This document shows positions 52,010 to 61,794 of a stretch of DNA of 64,000 bases, one piece after another. This DNA is from an uncultured Nitrospiraceae bacterium. GTDB lineage: Bacteria > Nitrospirota > Nitrospiria > Nitrospirales > Nitrospiraceae. The stretch covers positions 32,001 to 96,000 of the forward strand of contig CAVPLT010000002.1 in NCBI GenBank assembly GCA_963706325.1, written 5' to 3'. The position numbers and the translations under genes were made by a program. Position 1 is the stretch's first letter, and each line of letters opens with the position of its first letter. The notes under the pieces were generated by a model. The model saw only the letters and a list, made by a program, of their open reading frames with translations, was not told the origin of the DNA and searched no databases.

Positions 52010-52240
52010 ACGATTCGCCGAGCCTTTAGCTTATCTTTCTGATCCTGCATGAGAGAAATAAGCGGCGAGACCGCCAAGACGGCCTGAGGAAAAAAGTGAA
52101 GGGAGTTGAAACACAACGACGTGCCCCCGGTCAGGACCCCCGAGTGCCATGCGTCTGCTCATGGCCGCCTCAATCAAGGGCCGTTGACCCGGCCGATAAG
52201 CCTTCGCGCCGAGCCAACGCTGCGCCTTGCGTGCATTCGC
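52010..52240 (-). pseudogene. N-terminal remnant of a RecQ-family helicase
   Basis: 'YRPGQRPLIEA', degenerate TGG.SLC/QLP, 'VSPLISLMQDQ' across frames. Confidence 0.7.
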
Positions 52241-52306
52241 CGGCGACCAACTCCATGCTTGGTTCATAAGCCGTGTCGAGCGTCATGTATCGAGTTCATC
52301 GGCCAC

Positions 52307-53128
52307 TCATCGGGAGAGTGCCGCTTGCGCCTCCATGGTCTCCTTGAATCGCTGAAGGTCATCGGCGACCTTTTGGCCCGGATCCTGTCCGAAGAACCCT
52401 GCAATGGCTGCGCCGATCGGACCGGCTGGAGTGTCATATTGGAGCGTCACGGTGACCCGCGTGCCTTGACCGTCGCCCGCCGGCTGAAAGGCGACCGAAC
52501 CGGCATGTTCGACGGTAGCTCCGTTGACCGTTCGCCATCCTATTCGTTCGTTTTCGACCTCGTTGATGATTTCCGCGTCCCATTCGATGGTGGGCGCTCC
52601 CGGTATCGTTTCAACTACCCAATGAGACCGGCGATCATCGACGACCTGGACGCTTTGTACATGGCTCATCACCTGTGGCAAGTTGTCGAGTCGCCGCCAG
52701 AAGCGGTAGAGATCCTCGGGGGGTCTGTTGATGGTCACCGATTGTTCGATCTTCAGTGCCCGATCGGTCCGGATCTTTTGCCGACCTAGCGAAGACGTGT
52801 CATCTCCTTCGCGGCTCGAGATTCCCATCGCTCCGTAAGCGGCGCAGTATCCGGTAGTGGCCCGGTGCAAGAGCCCAATCCCAAGTAGGGCCGCGATGCC
52901 GCTGCTCATCCGAGAAGGCCGCATCACGCTACGCAGAAGGAGGCCCCCGCCAAGGATGCCTGAAAGGAGCCGCTCGGTATCACTCACGTTACTCTCGGCA
53001 TGACCTGAATCCCGTTTGCTACTCCCAGCCTGCTCCGTCTTCCCCTGCTCCATGTCCCTGCGATTGGGGTTGTGGCTCTCTTGCCCTGAGCGGGACGTCG
53101 TTCTGATACCGCCTCGCATATGTGCCAT
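52307..53128 (-). CDS. SRPBCC domain protein with DUF2892-like N-domain
   Basis: 'NVSDTER', 'RATTGYC..Y..MG', 'WDAEIINE', 'DLQRFKETME'. Confidence 0.9.
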   Translation of the reverse strand: MAHMRGGIRTTSRSGQESHNPNRRDMEQGKTEQAGSSKRDSGHAESNVSDTERLLSGILGGGLLLRSVMRPSRMSSGIAALLGIGLLHRATTGYCAAYGAMGISSREGDDTSSLGRQKIRTDRALKIEQSVTINRPPEDLYRFWRRLDNLPQVMSHVQSVQVVDDRRSHWVVETIPGAPTIEWDAEIINEVENERIGWRTVNGATVEHAGSVAFQPAGDGQGTRVTVTLQYDTPAGPIGAAIAGFFGQDPGQKVADDLQRFKETMEAQAALSR

Positions 53129-53546
53129 ACATCCTCCTCCTCTTTCTTGTTGGGGTTTCTTATTATTGGCTTGTGATCGGTCAATCTACTCTGGCTGTGG
53201 GCCAGGGTGCCTTGATGCGATCATTCTGTTTATGAGAACAAGGCTTCTCCGGAAAATCCCAAGGAACCGGTGGACATACATTTTGTGCAATTGTGAGGCC
53301 ATGGCTAATATGCGCACAGTGACATTAAAACAGTGCGCCCGAGCCGGAACATCGTCTCTGCCCACAAAAATCTAAGGACTGATTGTCTACCAACGGACAA
53401 CTTGTCCTACAGCAGTCCTGTGCCTGCTTGGTCAACCGTCCAGGGAACCTGTCTAATTCTACGCCGCAGAGTGTGGCTGAGGCCTTGCATAAGCATGAGC
53501 GACAGGCGGCCCGTGATGTGTGTGACTGGTGCCAAGGAGGTGCTAT

Positions 53547-53945
53547 ATGCCCGACCGGAGCGTGAAGAAAGTGTCGTCTGAATTTTCTCCCCGTGGTGAT
53601 ATGGGTCAGAAGTACCTGGCTTCCGGCATCAGTATCTCTATGCGGCTGTGGAATGCCTTGCCGCCTGCTCCTCCTTCTCCATTGACGAGGCGGGAATATG
53701 AAGTGGTCGGTTATGTGATTCAGGGTTGCGCCAAACTTGAAATCGAAGAGCAAACCGTCTGGCTCGAAGCCGGCGATTCGTGGGTGGTCCCAAAGGGATC
53801 CAATCATCGATATGAAATTATGGAGACATTTACAGCGGTCGAGGCGACGACTCCTCCGGCGCAGGTTCACGGTCGAGATGAAGCGGAACGCGAGGCCGAG
53901 CCGCAGTCGACTGGCAGCAATTGCGATGTCAATCAGGAGGCATGA
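53547..53945 (+). CDS. Cupin domain protein
   Basis: AGGAGG RBS; 'GQKYLASG', 'GDSWVVPKGSNHRY'. Confidence 0.88.
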   Translation: MPDRSVKKVSSEFSPRGDMGQKYLASGISISMRLWNALPPAPPSPLTRREYEVVGYVIQGCAKLEIEEQTVWLEAGDSWVVPKGSNHRYEIMETFTAVEATTPPAQVHGRDEAEREAEPQSTGSNCDVNQEA

Positions 53946-56839
53946 TGGGCCAGCTGCCAGGCCGTACCAGCCGCGATAGCATTCTCCACGTGTGGGGCCA
54001 GTCGAACTCCCACGACGGAAGGGATATGGCCACCCAGGGTGGACGAGCATTTCGTCGAGCAGCCGGACCGTTGGGTGCAGGGCGCCTGTCTGCTCTGTTC
54101 CACGGGTTGTGCGTTGGACATCGGAGTCAAAGACGGAAGGATGCTGGGAGTTCGCGGGCGGGAAGGCGACCGGGTCAATCGAGGGCGGCTGGGCCCCAAA
54201 GGCCTGTATGGCTGGCAGGCGAACCACAGCCCCGATCGATTGACGGAGCCACTTATTCGTCGAGGGGGCAAACTGGAGCCGGCGAGTTGGAATGACGCGA
54301 TGACTCGGATCGTCGATCGCTCGAAACGTATCCGCGAAGCCCATACGAGTAGCGCCATCGGCTTTTACACCAGCGGCCAGCTGTTCCTGGAAGAGTATTA
54401 CACCTTGGGAGTTTTGGGAAAGGCCGGTCTCGGGACGCCGCATATGGATGGCAACACTCGGCTGTGCACGGCCACATCGGCCGCTGCGCTGAAGGCGTCT
54501 TTCGGCACGGATGGTCAACCTGGTTCGTACAGCGATCTCGATGTGACCGAGGCCATCGTGCATTTCGGGCATAACATTGCCTCCCAGCAGACGGTGCTTT
54601 GGATGCGAATTCTGGACAGGCTCACCGGCGCCAATCGCCCGAAGCTGGTCGTCGTTGATCCTCGTACGACTGAGACGGCACGCGTCGCCGATGTTCACCT
54701 GGCCCCTCGAGTCGGGACCAACATGGCTTTGCTCAACGGCTTACAGCATCTGCTCATCGCCGCAGGGCACATTGACCGGCCCTACATCGAGTGCCACACA
54801 GTGGGTTTTGATGCGCTGGAACGGATGGTTGCCGACTGGACGCCGGAGCGGGTCCGTGATGTCACCGGCGTTACCCTGCATGAGCTGCACGCGGCGGCCT
54901 CGATCATCGGCGAAAGTCCTTCGCTCGTGTCAACGGTCCTGCAGGGGGTGTACCAATCCAATCAAGCGACCGCTGCCGCCGTGCAAGTGAATAATATTCA
55001 TCTCCTTCGGGGCATGCTTGGCAAGGCGGGATGTGGAGTGCTCCAGATGAACGGCCAGCCGACGGCGCAGAATACGAGAGAGTGCGGAGCCGACGGTGAT
55101 TTGCCCGGCTTCCGCAATTGGGAAAATCCAGCGCATATCGAGCAGTTAGCGAGGCTGTGGAATGTGGATGCGGCGATCATTCCCTCGTGGGCGCCACCCA
55201 CCCACGCCATGCAGATCTTCCGGTATGCCGAGGAGGGATCCCTGAAAATGCTCTGGATCAGCGGCACAAATCCGGCGGTTTCGTTGCCCAACCTTGCCCG
55301 AGTCAGGAAGATCCTGGGAGATGATCAGCTGTTTGTGATCGTACAGGACGCCTGGTTGACTGAAACGACGGCCTACGCAGATGTCGTTCTTCCAACAGCT
55401 CTCTGGGGTGAGAAAACCGGGTGCTTCACCAATGTCGATAGAACGGTTCATCTCTCACGGAAGGCGATTGAACCGCCGGGTGAGGCGCGGTCTGATTTGG
55501 ACATCTTTTTGGACTATAGCCGACGAATGGAGTTCCGCGACCGGGACGGCCGGCCGCTGATCAAGTGGCAGTCGGCGGAAGAGGCGTTCGAAGCCTGGAA
55601 GGCCTGTTCAAAGGGCAGGCCGTGCGACTACAGCGGATTAACCTACGACAAGCTGAACGGAGATTCTGGAATTCAATGGCCCTGTACCGATGAATTTCCG
55701 GAAGGTACGGAGCGATTGTATGTGGACGGGCGGTTCAATACGTCTTCCGACTATTGCGAGACATTCGGCCATGATCTGACGACCGGCGCCGTACAAACCC
55801 CGGAAGAATACCGGGCTCGGGATCCCCGCGGCAAGGCGATGTTATTTGTCGTAGATTATCAGGCGCCCCACGAAATACCGGACGATGAGTTTCCCTTCTG
55901 GCTGACGACCGGACGGGTGCTGTTTCAATTCCACACGAGAACGAAAACCGCCCGGTCTCCTGAACTGAACGCGGCGGCGCCGGACGCCTATGCGCAAATT
56001 TCTGAAGCGGACGCCGAGAGGCTGCATGTGGCTGAGGGTGATAGGGTCATTGTGGAGACCAAGCGAGGCCGCATTATCGTAGCGGCCAGAATCGGTGGGA
56101 TCATTGACCGGCATGTCTTCGTGCCTTTTCACTACGGCTATTGGGACGATCCAGGCGGGGCGCGGGCTGCCAATGAACTGACCCTGTCCGAATGGGATCC
56201 GGTCAGTAAGCAGCCCTATTTCAAATATGCGGCGGCCCTAGTGGAGAAGGCGCCCTCCTCTTCGATCATCAGCAAGGTGACCGACGCCGCGGAGGCGGCG
56301 GGTGCGCAACTGATGCAGGCAGTCACGAGCGCGAAGGAGATTCCGGCGGCGATCAAAAAGGCCTTCACAGCGGCTGAAGGCGGGCGTCCACTCGCGCTTT
56401 ATCTCGGGTTACTCGATCAAAGCGAGCGCCACCTCTCGGAAGCCTTTACGAACGTCGCCGATCACCATGGGGAAAGTCCCGATATCCACGGCACCTGTGT
56501 GTTAATGGGCGGTTGGTCTGCGCAACAGGCGGAGGCGTTACGTCCGGTCATTACGCGCTATGGCGAGGAATCCCAGAAAGAGCCGGATCGGTTGCGGAGG
56601 GCCCTCTTCGAAGGTCCGCGAACCGGAGGACTTGGCCTGCTGCGCGACCTGCATGTCTCTGGCTTGCAGCGGCCGAGGTGCATCTCTGTTATGAGGCGGT
56701 TCGGCAGGCGGGGAGGGCTCTACATGATAGAGAGCTGGTGGCGCTGTGCGAACGGTCCAGTGCGCAAACCGACCGGCAACTCGCATGGCTGCGAACTCGC
56801 ATTGACCAAGCAGCGCCCCAGGCCTTAACGGTGACATGA
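53942..56839 (+). pseudogene. Molybdopterin (bis-MGD) oxidoreductase of the NasA/NapA-like family with a fused C-terminal helical domain; two frameshifts (about 53998 and 56655)
   Basis: CLLCSTGC, 'SGQ...EEYY', 'NTRLC', 'TNP', 'EKTG.FTN..R', 'TTGR', 'PFHYG', 'DPVSKQP.FK'; rejoined C-terminus LLRDLH(D)LWL...QAAPQAL. Confidence 0.88.
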
Positions 56840-56840
56840 A

Positions 56841-57272
56841 TCAAGCGGGGAACCGCTTCGACTGAGTATCATGGCGAAGAGACGAGTCGCGGACCTGAGC
56901 GCCTACCCATAAAGACGCCGCGAGGCCGGCATAGAGCGCGGGGTACCAAGCCCGGGGGAACAGCAATTCGAATCCCGGCGTACAACGTTTGGGAACGACG
57001 TGGTAGTCCACCAGATAGGCCACAAACGAAACAAGGATGACATGGGGAACGCCATGCCCTGGGACGCGACTTGGCCGCTCGCGAAACAGGGCTTCAAAAC
57101 AACCAGACCAGAAGAGGCAGGCCAGCTGGTTCAAGAGTAGCCCACTTACGGTGTAGCGAAACGACCAATTTCTCTGCCTGCCGGCCTTTTCCCCCCATAG
57201 CATGTGGCTGATCGCGTTTAATCCAGGAGCGGTTCGACCTGTTCGAACGCGACTTGCCATGGCAATGACCAC
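56841..57272 (-). CDS. Hypothetical membrane protein
   Basis: 'NAISHMLWG', 'AYLVDYHVVPKR.TPGFE'; N-terminus possibly incomplete. Confidence 0.7.
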   Translation of the reverse strand: MVIAMASRVRTGRTAPGLNAISHMLWGEKAGRQRNWSFRYTVSGLLLNQLACLFWSGCFEALFRERPSRVPGHGVPHVILVSFVAYLVDYHVVPKRCTPGFELLFPRAWYPALYAGLAASLWVGAQVRDSSLRHDTQSKRFPA

Positions 57273-57351
57273 GCCATAAGGAGGCCGCTGACCGTTCCGG
57301 ATCGACCGGACTGTTGGATCAATGATTTAAGCGGCATGTGTATACAATAGA

Positions 57352-57912
57352 TTATGTCGTCGATCCCTTGTCGCCATACAGTTCAGCAATCAGAGGAACC
57401 GGGTTGACCGTCGTGGCCTGAAGGCCCTTCTCTCCCGGCGCCACACTGAGATTCACTTCAAGGCCTTCGTCTATTTGCTCAAACTCGAGGTCATGCACGG
57501 CATTCCTATGAAAATAGACTTCCCTCCCATCGCCCAGGAGGATGAACCCATAGCCCTCGTCTCGCAGCACCTTGCTGACGACCCCTCTTTCTGCGGGCGT
57601 GGTGATGCGGATCTCGTGCGAAGAGCGTTTCTCCCGGATCTTGTCCAACTCGACCTTGAGGGCGGCGAAGGTATCCCGGATGGCTTCCTCGAAACTGTCC
57701 TGCTGTTTTCTGGCGGTAATGGTGTGACCGGGGATGTGGGAGACGATCACGACATCATAGGAATCCTCCGCTTTTCGATGGTCGTGTTTGGTCAAGGTAA
57801 TCCTGATATGAGTCATGTCGTTGCCGGGGTGCAAATCAGCGACGCGAGATTCGATGTCGGCGCGCCATTCGGCGGTCACGCCCGTGTGACGTCCTTCAAT
57901 TTGTATGTCCAT
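57352..57912 (-). CDS. HPF/RaiA ribosome-associated domain fused to a cold-shock domain
   Basis: N-terminal 'IQIEGRH' HPF-like domain; 'GYGFI', 'VYFHRNAV'. Confidence 0.88.
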   Translation of the reverse strand: MDIQIEGRHTGVTAEWRADIESRVADLHPGNDMTHIRITLTKHDHRKAEDSYDVVIVSHIPGHTITARKQQDSFEEAIRDTFAALKVELDKIREKRSSHEIRITTPAERGVVSKVLRDEGYGFILLGDGREVYFHRNAVHDLEFEQIDEGLEVNLSVAPGEKGLQATTVNPVPLIAELYGDKGSTT

Positions 57913-57962
57913 CTGCCTCTCCATGATTCTCACCGATTCCTTGGCACTCTCTCACCTCGAGA

Positions 57963-58180
57963 TCAAAACCGGTAGACGGCGGCAAACAACTGTTGGCCTG
58001 GAATCTCTTGGGGTCGGCGCCGTACACGGTCCCGGCGTGCAGCAGGGTCTGCATGGCCGCCAAATCGACGAGTTCATCATCTCCCGGGTGCTCTTCGGCA
58101 TGCTCGTCCAGGCTAAGGCCGTCAAAGTCGAACCGTCCGTACCGATGCACTCCCAGGCCCCAGACCTTATGATGCAGGCT
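57963..58180 (-). pseudogene. C-terminal remnant of a bacterial archaeo-eukaryotic release factor (baeRF3/7-like)
   Basis: 'YGRFD...PGDDELVDLAAMQTLLHAGTVY', then EIPGQQLFAAVYRF* after a frameshift. Confidence 0.7.
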
Positions 58181-58193
58181 GCGGCGAGGAGCT

Positions 58194-58553
58194 CTATTTG
58201 TCCGTTCTCACCCCAGCCTTTCCACGTCCCTCACTATCGCCGGTCTTGGCTTCGTGGCTGGACTGCGAACCGAGCTGATGCGATCCCTTGTTCTTGTCCG
58301 CTTCAGGCTCCGAATTTTTGGGATCTCTGACGGCTCCCGTCGCGGAGCCACTGTGTTCGTTACGACCCGTATTAGCACTGGTATTTCCGCCGCGCTTTGT
58401 CGACATGGAGGAATCCTCTCCCTGGTGAGTTCCTGTTCCTGTTGATTGGGTCGGCTCATAGCTCAAGGAAACGGTTGCGTCGGCCAGGCCAAGGACCATC
58501 AGAGTGATGACAGTCACCGAAAAGTGCGGCTTTATGGATCTGTGCTGTGTCAT
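58194..58553 (-). CDS. Secreted low-complexity hydrophilic protein
   Basis: Hydrophobic N-terminus and G/S/T-rich body. Confidence 0.65.
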   Translation of the reverse strand: MTQHRSIKPHFSVTVITLMVLGLADATVSLSYEPTQSTGTGTHQGEDSSMSTKRGGNTSANTGRNEHSGSATGAVRDPKNSEPEADKNKGSHQLGSQSSHEAKTGDSEGRGKAGVRTDK

Positions 58554-58567
58554 GTTGTTCTTCGTGG

Positions 58568-59194
58568 TTAGGACGTGGACTTAAGCAATTCCTGCTTGCG
58601 CTCTTGCATTCGACTTCCAAGTGCCTTGATGTCTGGTTTCTGCTTCGCTTCCGGAAAGAGGACCTCTTCTTCCTCCGCGACATGATCGGTGACCAGGTCC
58701 TTGAGTTCCGCGATTCCAGACTGGAACTCAGGGGTTGCCGAGGAAAGACTTCGCAGCCGCCCGATGAGTTCTTTGACCGCTTGATGATCTTCGTACATGG
58801 AGTCAATCACCTCCTCGCCCATTTCTTCACTGGTCTCCTCAACCTCATCGTCGTCTTCCTCATCATCTTCGTCTTCGTCGAAATCATTCTGTTCGAGCGT
58901 ATCGACACCGTCAATTTCAACCTCTCCCTGTTCCAATTGACTCAACTCGCCCATGTCTCCCCGGCTTCGGAGCGCGGGATAAAACATCTCCTCCTCAATG
59001 ATCGCATGGACCTCCAATTCCTGGAATATCTGCTGCGCGATCCCTTCTTTTCGGCCCTGGTCTCCTGACGTGAACTCGTTGAACAACCGTTCGACTGCGC
59101 GATGGTCTTGCTCGAGCATCTGCACGGCGTCAGCCGACAGTGTCTCCTCGGCTCGTTTACCGGATGTGGTTGCCTGTTGAGTTCGCCGTGGCAT
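58568..59194 (-). CDS. Hemerythrin-domain protein with an acidic insertion
   Basis: 'QDHR.V', 'HAIIEEEMFYP', 'EDH', 'HVAEEEEVLFP'. Confidence 0.88.
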   Translation of the reverse strand: MPRRTQQATTSGKRAEETLSADAVQMLEQDHRAVERLFNEFTSGDQGRKEGIAQQIFQELEVHAIIEEEMFYPALRSRGDMGELSQLEQGEVEIDGVDTLEQNDFDEDEDDEEDDDEVEETSEEMGEEVIDSMYEDHQAVKELIGRLRSLSSATPEFQSGIAELKDLVTDHVAEEEEVLFPEAKQKPDIKALGSRMQERKQELLKSTS

Positions 59195-59265
59195 GGTCAA
59201 TCCCCTTTCAGAATATAAAATGATCACTCAGGTCGAAAGGTACAAGTCATGACATGACTGATTCA

Positions 59266-60120
59266 TTATCCGTTCACGACTGTCCCACCGTTAGGATGCA
59301 AGATCTGTCCGGTCATGTAAGACGCGTCGTCCGAAGCAAGGAACAGATAGCAGGGGGCGACCTCCTCAGGCTGTCCGGCCCGTTTCAACGGGACGTCTGA
59401 GCCGAAGGTCTCCACCTTTTCAGTGGGAAATGTGGAAGGGATAAGCGGGGTCCAAATCGGACCAGGCGCGACCGCGTTGACTCTGATCCCTTTTTCAGCC
59501 AGGGCCTGAGACAACGACCGAGTGAAGGCGACGATGGCTCCTTTGGTGGCGGAATAGTCCAGGAGATGTCCGCTTCCTTTGTAAGCCGTCACCGACGTCG
59601 TATTGACGATGGCGCTCCCTTCCTGCAGATGCGGAAGAGCCGCCTGCGTCATATAAAAAAAAGAAAAAATATTGGTCCGAAAGGTTCGTTCTAACTGCTC
59701 GGGGGAGATTTCCGTGATACTGTCCTGAGGATGCTGCTCGGCCGCATTGTTGACTAGAATGTCCAGATGCCCGAATTCATGCAGCGTGCGGTCGATACAT
59801 TCGGTGCAGAATCGAGGTGTGCCGACATCCCCCGCCAAGGCAAGGCAACGACGCCCTTCTTTTTCCACCAGCTCAGTAGTTTCGTTTGCATCCTTGTGTT
59901 CATTGAGATAGGCAATCACGATGTCTGCGCCCTCTCGCGCGAAGGCAATCGCGACCGCGCGGCCGATCCCACTATCTCCTCCCGTAATGATGGCCACTTT
60001 CCCCTTTAGCTTACCCGTGCCCCTGTGCTCGGGCTTGTCTGATTTTGGACGGGGAGTCATGTCCGATTCGAGGCCCGGGCGACGATCTTGTTGCTGGGGT
60101 GGCTGTTGCTGCTTTGGCAT
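59266..60120 (-). CDS. SDR oxidoreductase, general stress protein 39/YhdF-like
   Basis: 'GGDSGIGRA', 'NNAAEQH', 'DYSATKGA', 'PGPIWTPLIP'. Confidence 0.94.
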   Translation of the reverse strand: MPKQQQPPQQQDRRPGLESDMTPRPKSDKPEHRGTGKLKGKVAIITGGDSGIGRAVAIAFAREGADIVIAYLNEHKDANETTELVEKEGRRCLALAGDVGTPRFCTECIDRTLHEFGHLDILVNNAAEQHPQDSITEISPEQLERTFRTNIFSFFYMTQAALPHLQEGSAIVNTTSVTAYKGSGHLLDYSATKGAIVAFTRSLSQALAEKGIRVNAVAPGPIWTPLIPSTFPTEKVETFGSDVPLKRAGQPEEVAPCYLFLASDDASYMTGQILHPNGGTVVNG

Positions 60121-60310
60121 GGATCGATCTTCCTCCTATGGACTCAAGAAGCGTTTAGCTAGCGCGTCCTACGCCTGAGTATTCTAGTAATAGAGTCGTT
60201 GTCATGAATGGGAACAGCGGCTTTGTAACCCTGATGAACGTCCCCTGATCAATTAAGCGGGTAACGAAGTTCTGTCACCAGCGATACGTGCTCTATGCCG
60301 TATTCTTAGA

Positions 60311-60340
60311 GAGGCAGGAGGCGAGATCGCCTCTTGCCTC
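60311..60340. terminator. Hairpin downstream of the Gly/Ser-rich gene
   Basis: GAGGCAGGAGGCG-AGAT-CGCCTCTTGCCTC, 13-bp stem; no clear U tract. Confidence 0.45.
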
Positions 60341-60363
60341 CTAGGCTAGGGTTTCGCCTCGCT

Positions 60364-60804
60364 CTATCTGCCGCCGCTCACACCCGACCCCGAATTGCCT
60401 GAATCCATGTTGCCGCCGGAGCCGCCAGATCCCATAGCGCTTCCGCCGGCGCTGCCGCTCCCTCGCGATTGTCCGCTTGTCATGTCTTTCTCAGAATGGG
60501 ACCCTGATTCCAATCCGTACCCTGTTCCCTTGCTTGACTCCGGGCTATTGGCTTCCCCGGACGCGGATCCGGATCCCGTTCCGGAGCCAGCTCCCATTTG
60601 TGAGCCGGGTCCGCTTCCGCCCTTTTGGGCATTCCATCCGCTCCCCGGCACGCCTTGGGTCCCCTTCGAACTTCCCTGGCCTTGATTTTCGGTGACGCCT
60701 GGAGCTGTTCCTCCGCTCGAATGTTGTGCGTGAGAAGGAGAGCCCGCGGCGACAACAAGGCCTCCTGCCATACAGACAATTGCCACTACCTGGTGGGTCT
60801 TCAT
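60364..60804 (-). CDS. Secreted Gly/Ser-rich disordered protein
   Basis: GGAGG RBS; signal ending SHA; G/S-rich body. Confidence 0.75.
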   Translation of the reverse strand: MKTHQVVAIVCMAGGLVVAAGSPSHAQHSSGGTAPGVTENQGQGSSKGTQGVPGSGWNAQKGGSGPGSQMGAGSGTGSGSASGEANSPESSKGTGYGLESGSHSEKDMTSGQSRGSGSAGGSAMGSGGSGGNMDSGNSGSGVSGGR

Positions 60805-61466
60805 TGTTTCCTCCATGCGAAGGTTGATGAGGACTGATAACTCACAGTCTCATAGATGAGCCGATTGCAAGATAAAGACCGTCCGGCATTCTTTGCCTGT
60901 AACCCTGACGCCTAAAAAGCTCAGGTTGCTTAAGTCCTTTGCCTGAAGCGTCCTTACGTCATGAAGGGTTTATAGTCTTATTCAGCCATGGCAGGCGGTA
61001 GGCAAATCATCCAAAGAAAATAAAGACAGGATGTCTTAAGTAGGACAAGCTGTCCAAGTGAGCGAGAAGAAGATTCCATTCGGCCTCTGTGATGTATTCG
61101 TTGGAAAAGATGTTGGTGAAGCTGGGGATGCCTGCTTAGGTCCCAGCGGTCGCAGCTGCGCTTCACAACTTGCTCTACACATGTCGCCGCAGTCAGTCCC
61201 GCGGGAGACGGACAGCGCGTCAGGAAATTTTGCGGCAAGATTCAGTCACCGATAGCCAGCCGCAGGCAGCACAGGGTTTCTCGAAACAATCACTGAGGGA
61301 GATATTGAAGCACTGAGTCTGGTCAGGACACACCGTCAACGATTTCCAATCTCCAGCTCAAGAGGTATCAATGGAAACTAATGCCGCCATTCGGTTCCCA
61401 CGCTCACAGGAGCGACTCGCGTCACATGCCTGTGTACTAAAATGGGCGATTGTCGGGTTTGAATTT

Positions 61467-61482
61467 TGGCGGAGAGAGTGAG
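61467..61482 (-). other. tRNA-Ser-like 3'-end fragment (candidate att site)
   Basis: Minus strand reads CTCACTCTCTCCGCCA, like a tRNA-Ser acceptor end; no TTCGA loop or rest of a tRNA. Confidence 0.5.
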
Positions 61483-61794
61483 GGATATACGGCTGGGCAA
61501 GGCGGATCAAGAAACTACGCTATGAAGCTTCTGTTACTTAACCTCCTGGCAGACATCTGGGGCTCCTGACCCCCGTATCTACACATCCACTGCTCGTCCG
61601 CTGACGCCGGGCCTAGGGGTTTGCCCCCTGTTTCATGGTCTTTTTATACGGTAGTACTCGTTCACCGCGGGGCACGATGGAGTGCGTAAGTCTCCAAGAG
61701 ACAAGACAGGGTGAACAGTAGTTTATCGCCTAAGTCTTAGAGATAAGGCCGTGGTGAATAAAAGCATTCTAGCCTCGGCGACGGAGGTTTGTGA

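Noticed and set aside
53325..54698. 457-aa minus-strand ORF
   Set aside because: Antisense to the cupin and Mo-enzyme; no motifs
61467..61500. Complete tRNA gene
   Set aside because: Only an acceptor-end-like 16-mer; no T-loop or cloverleaf
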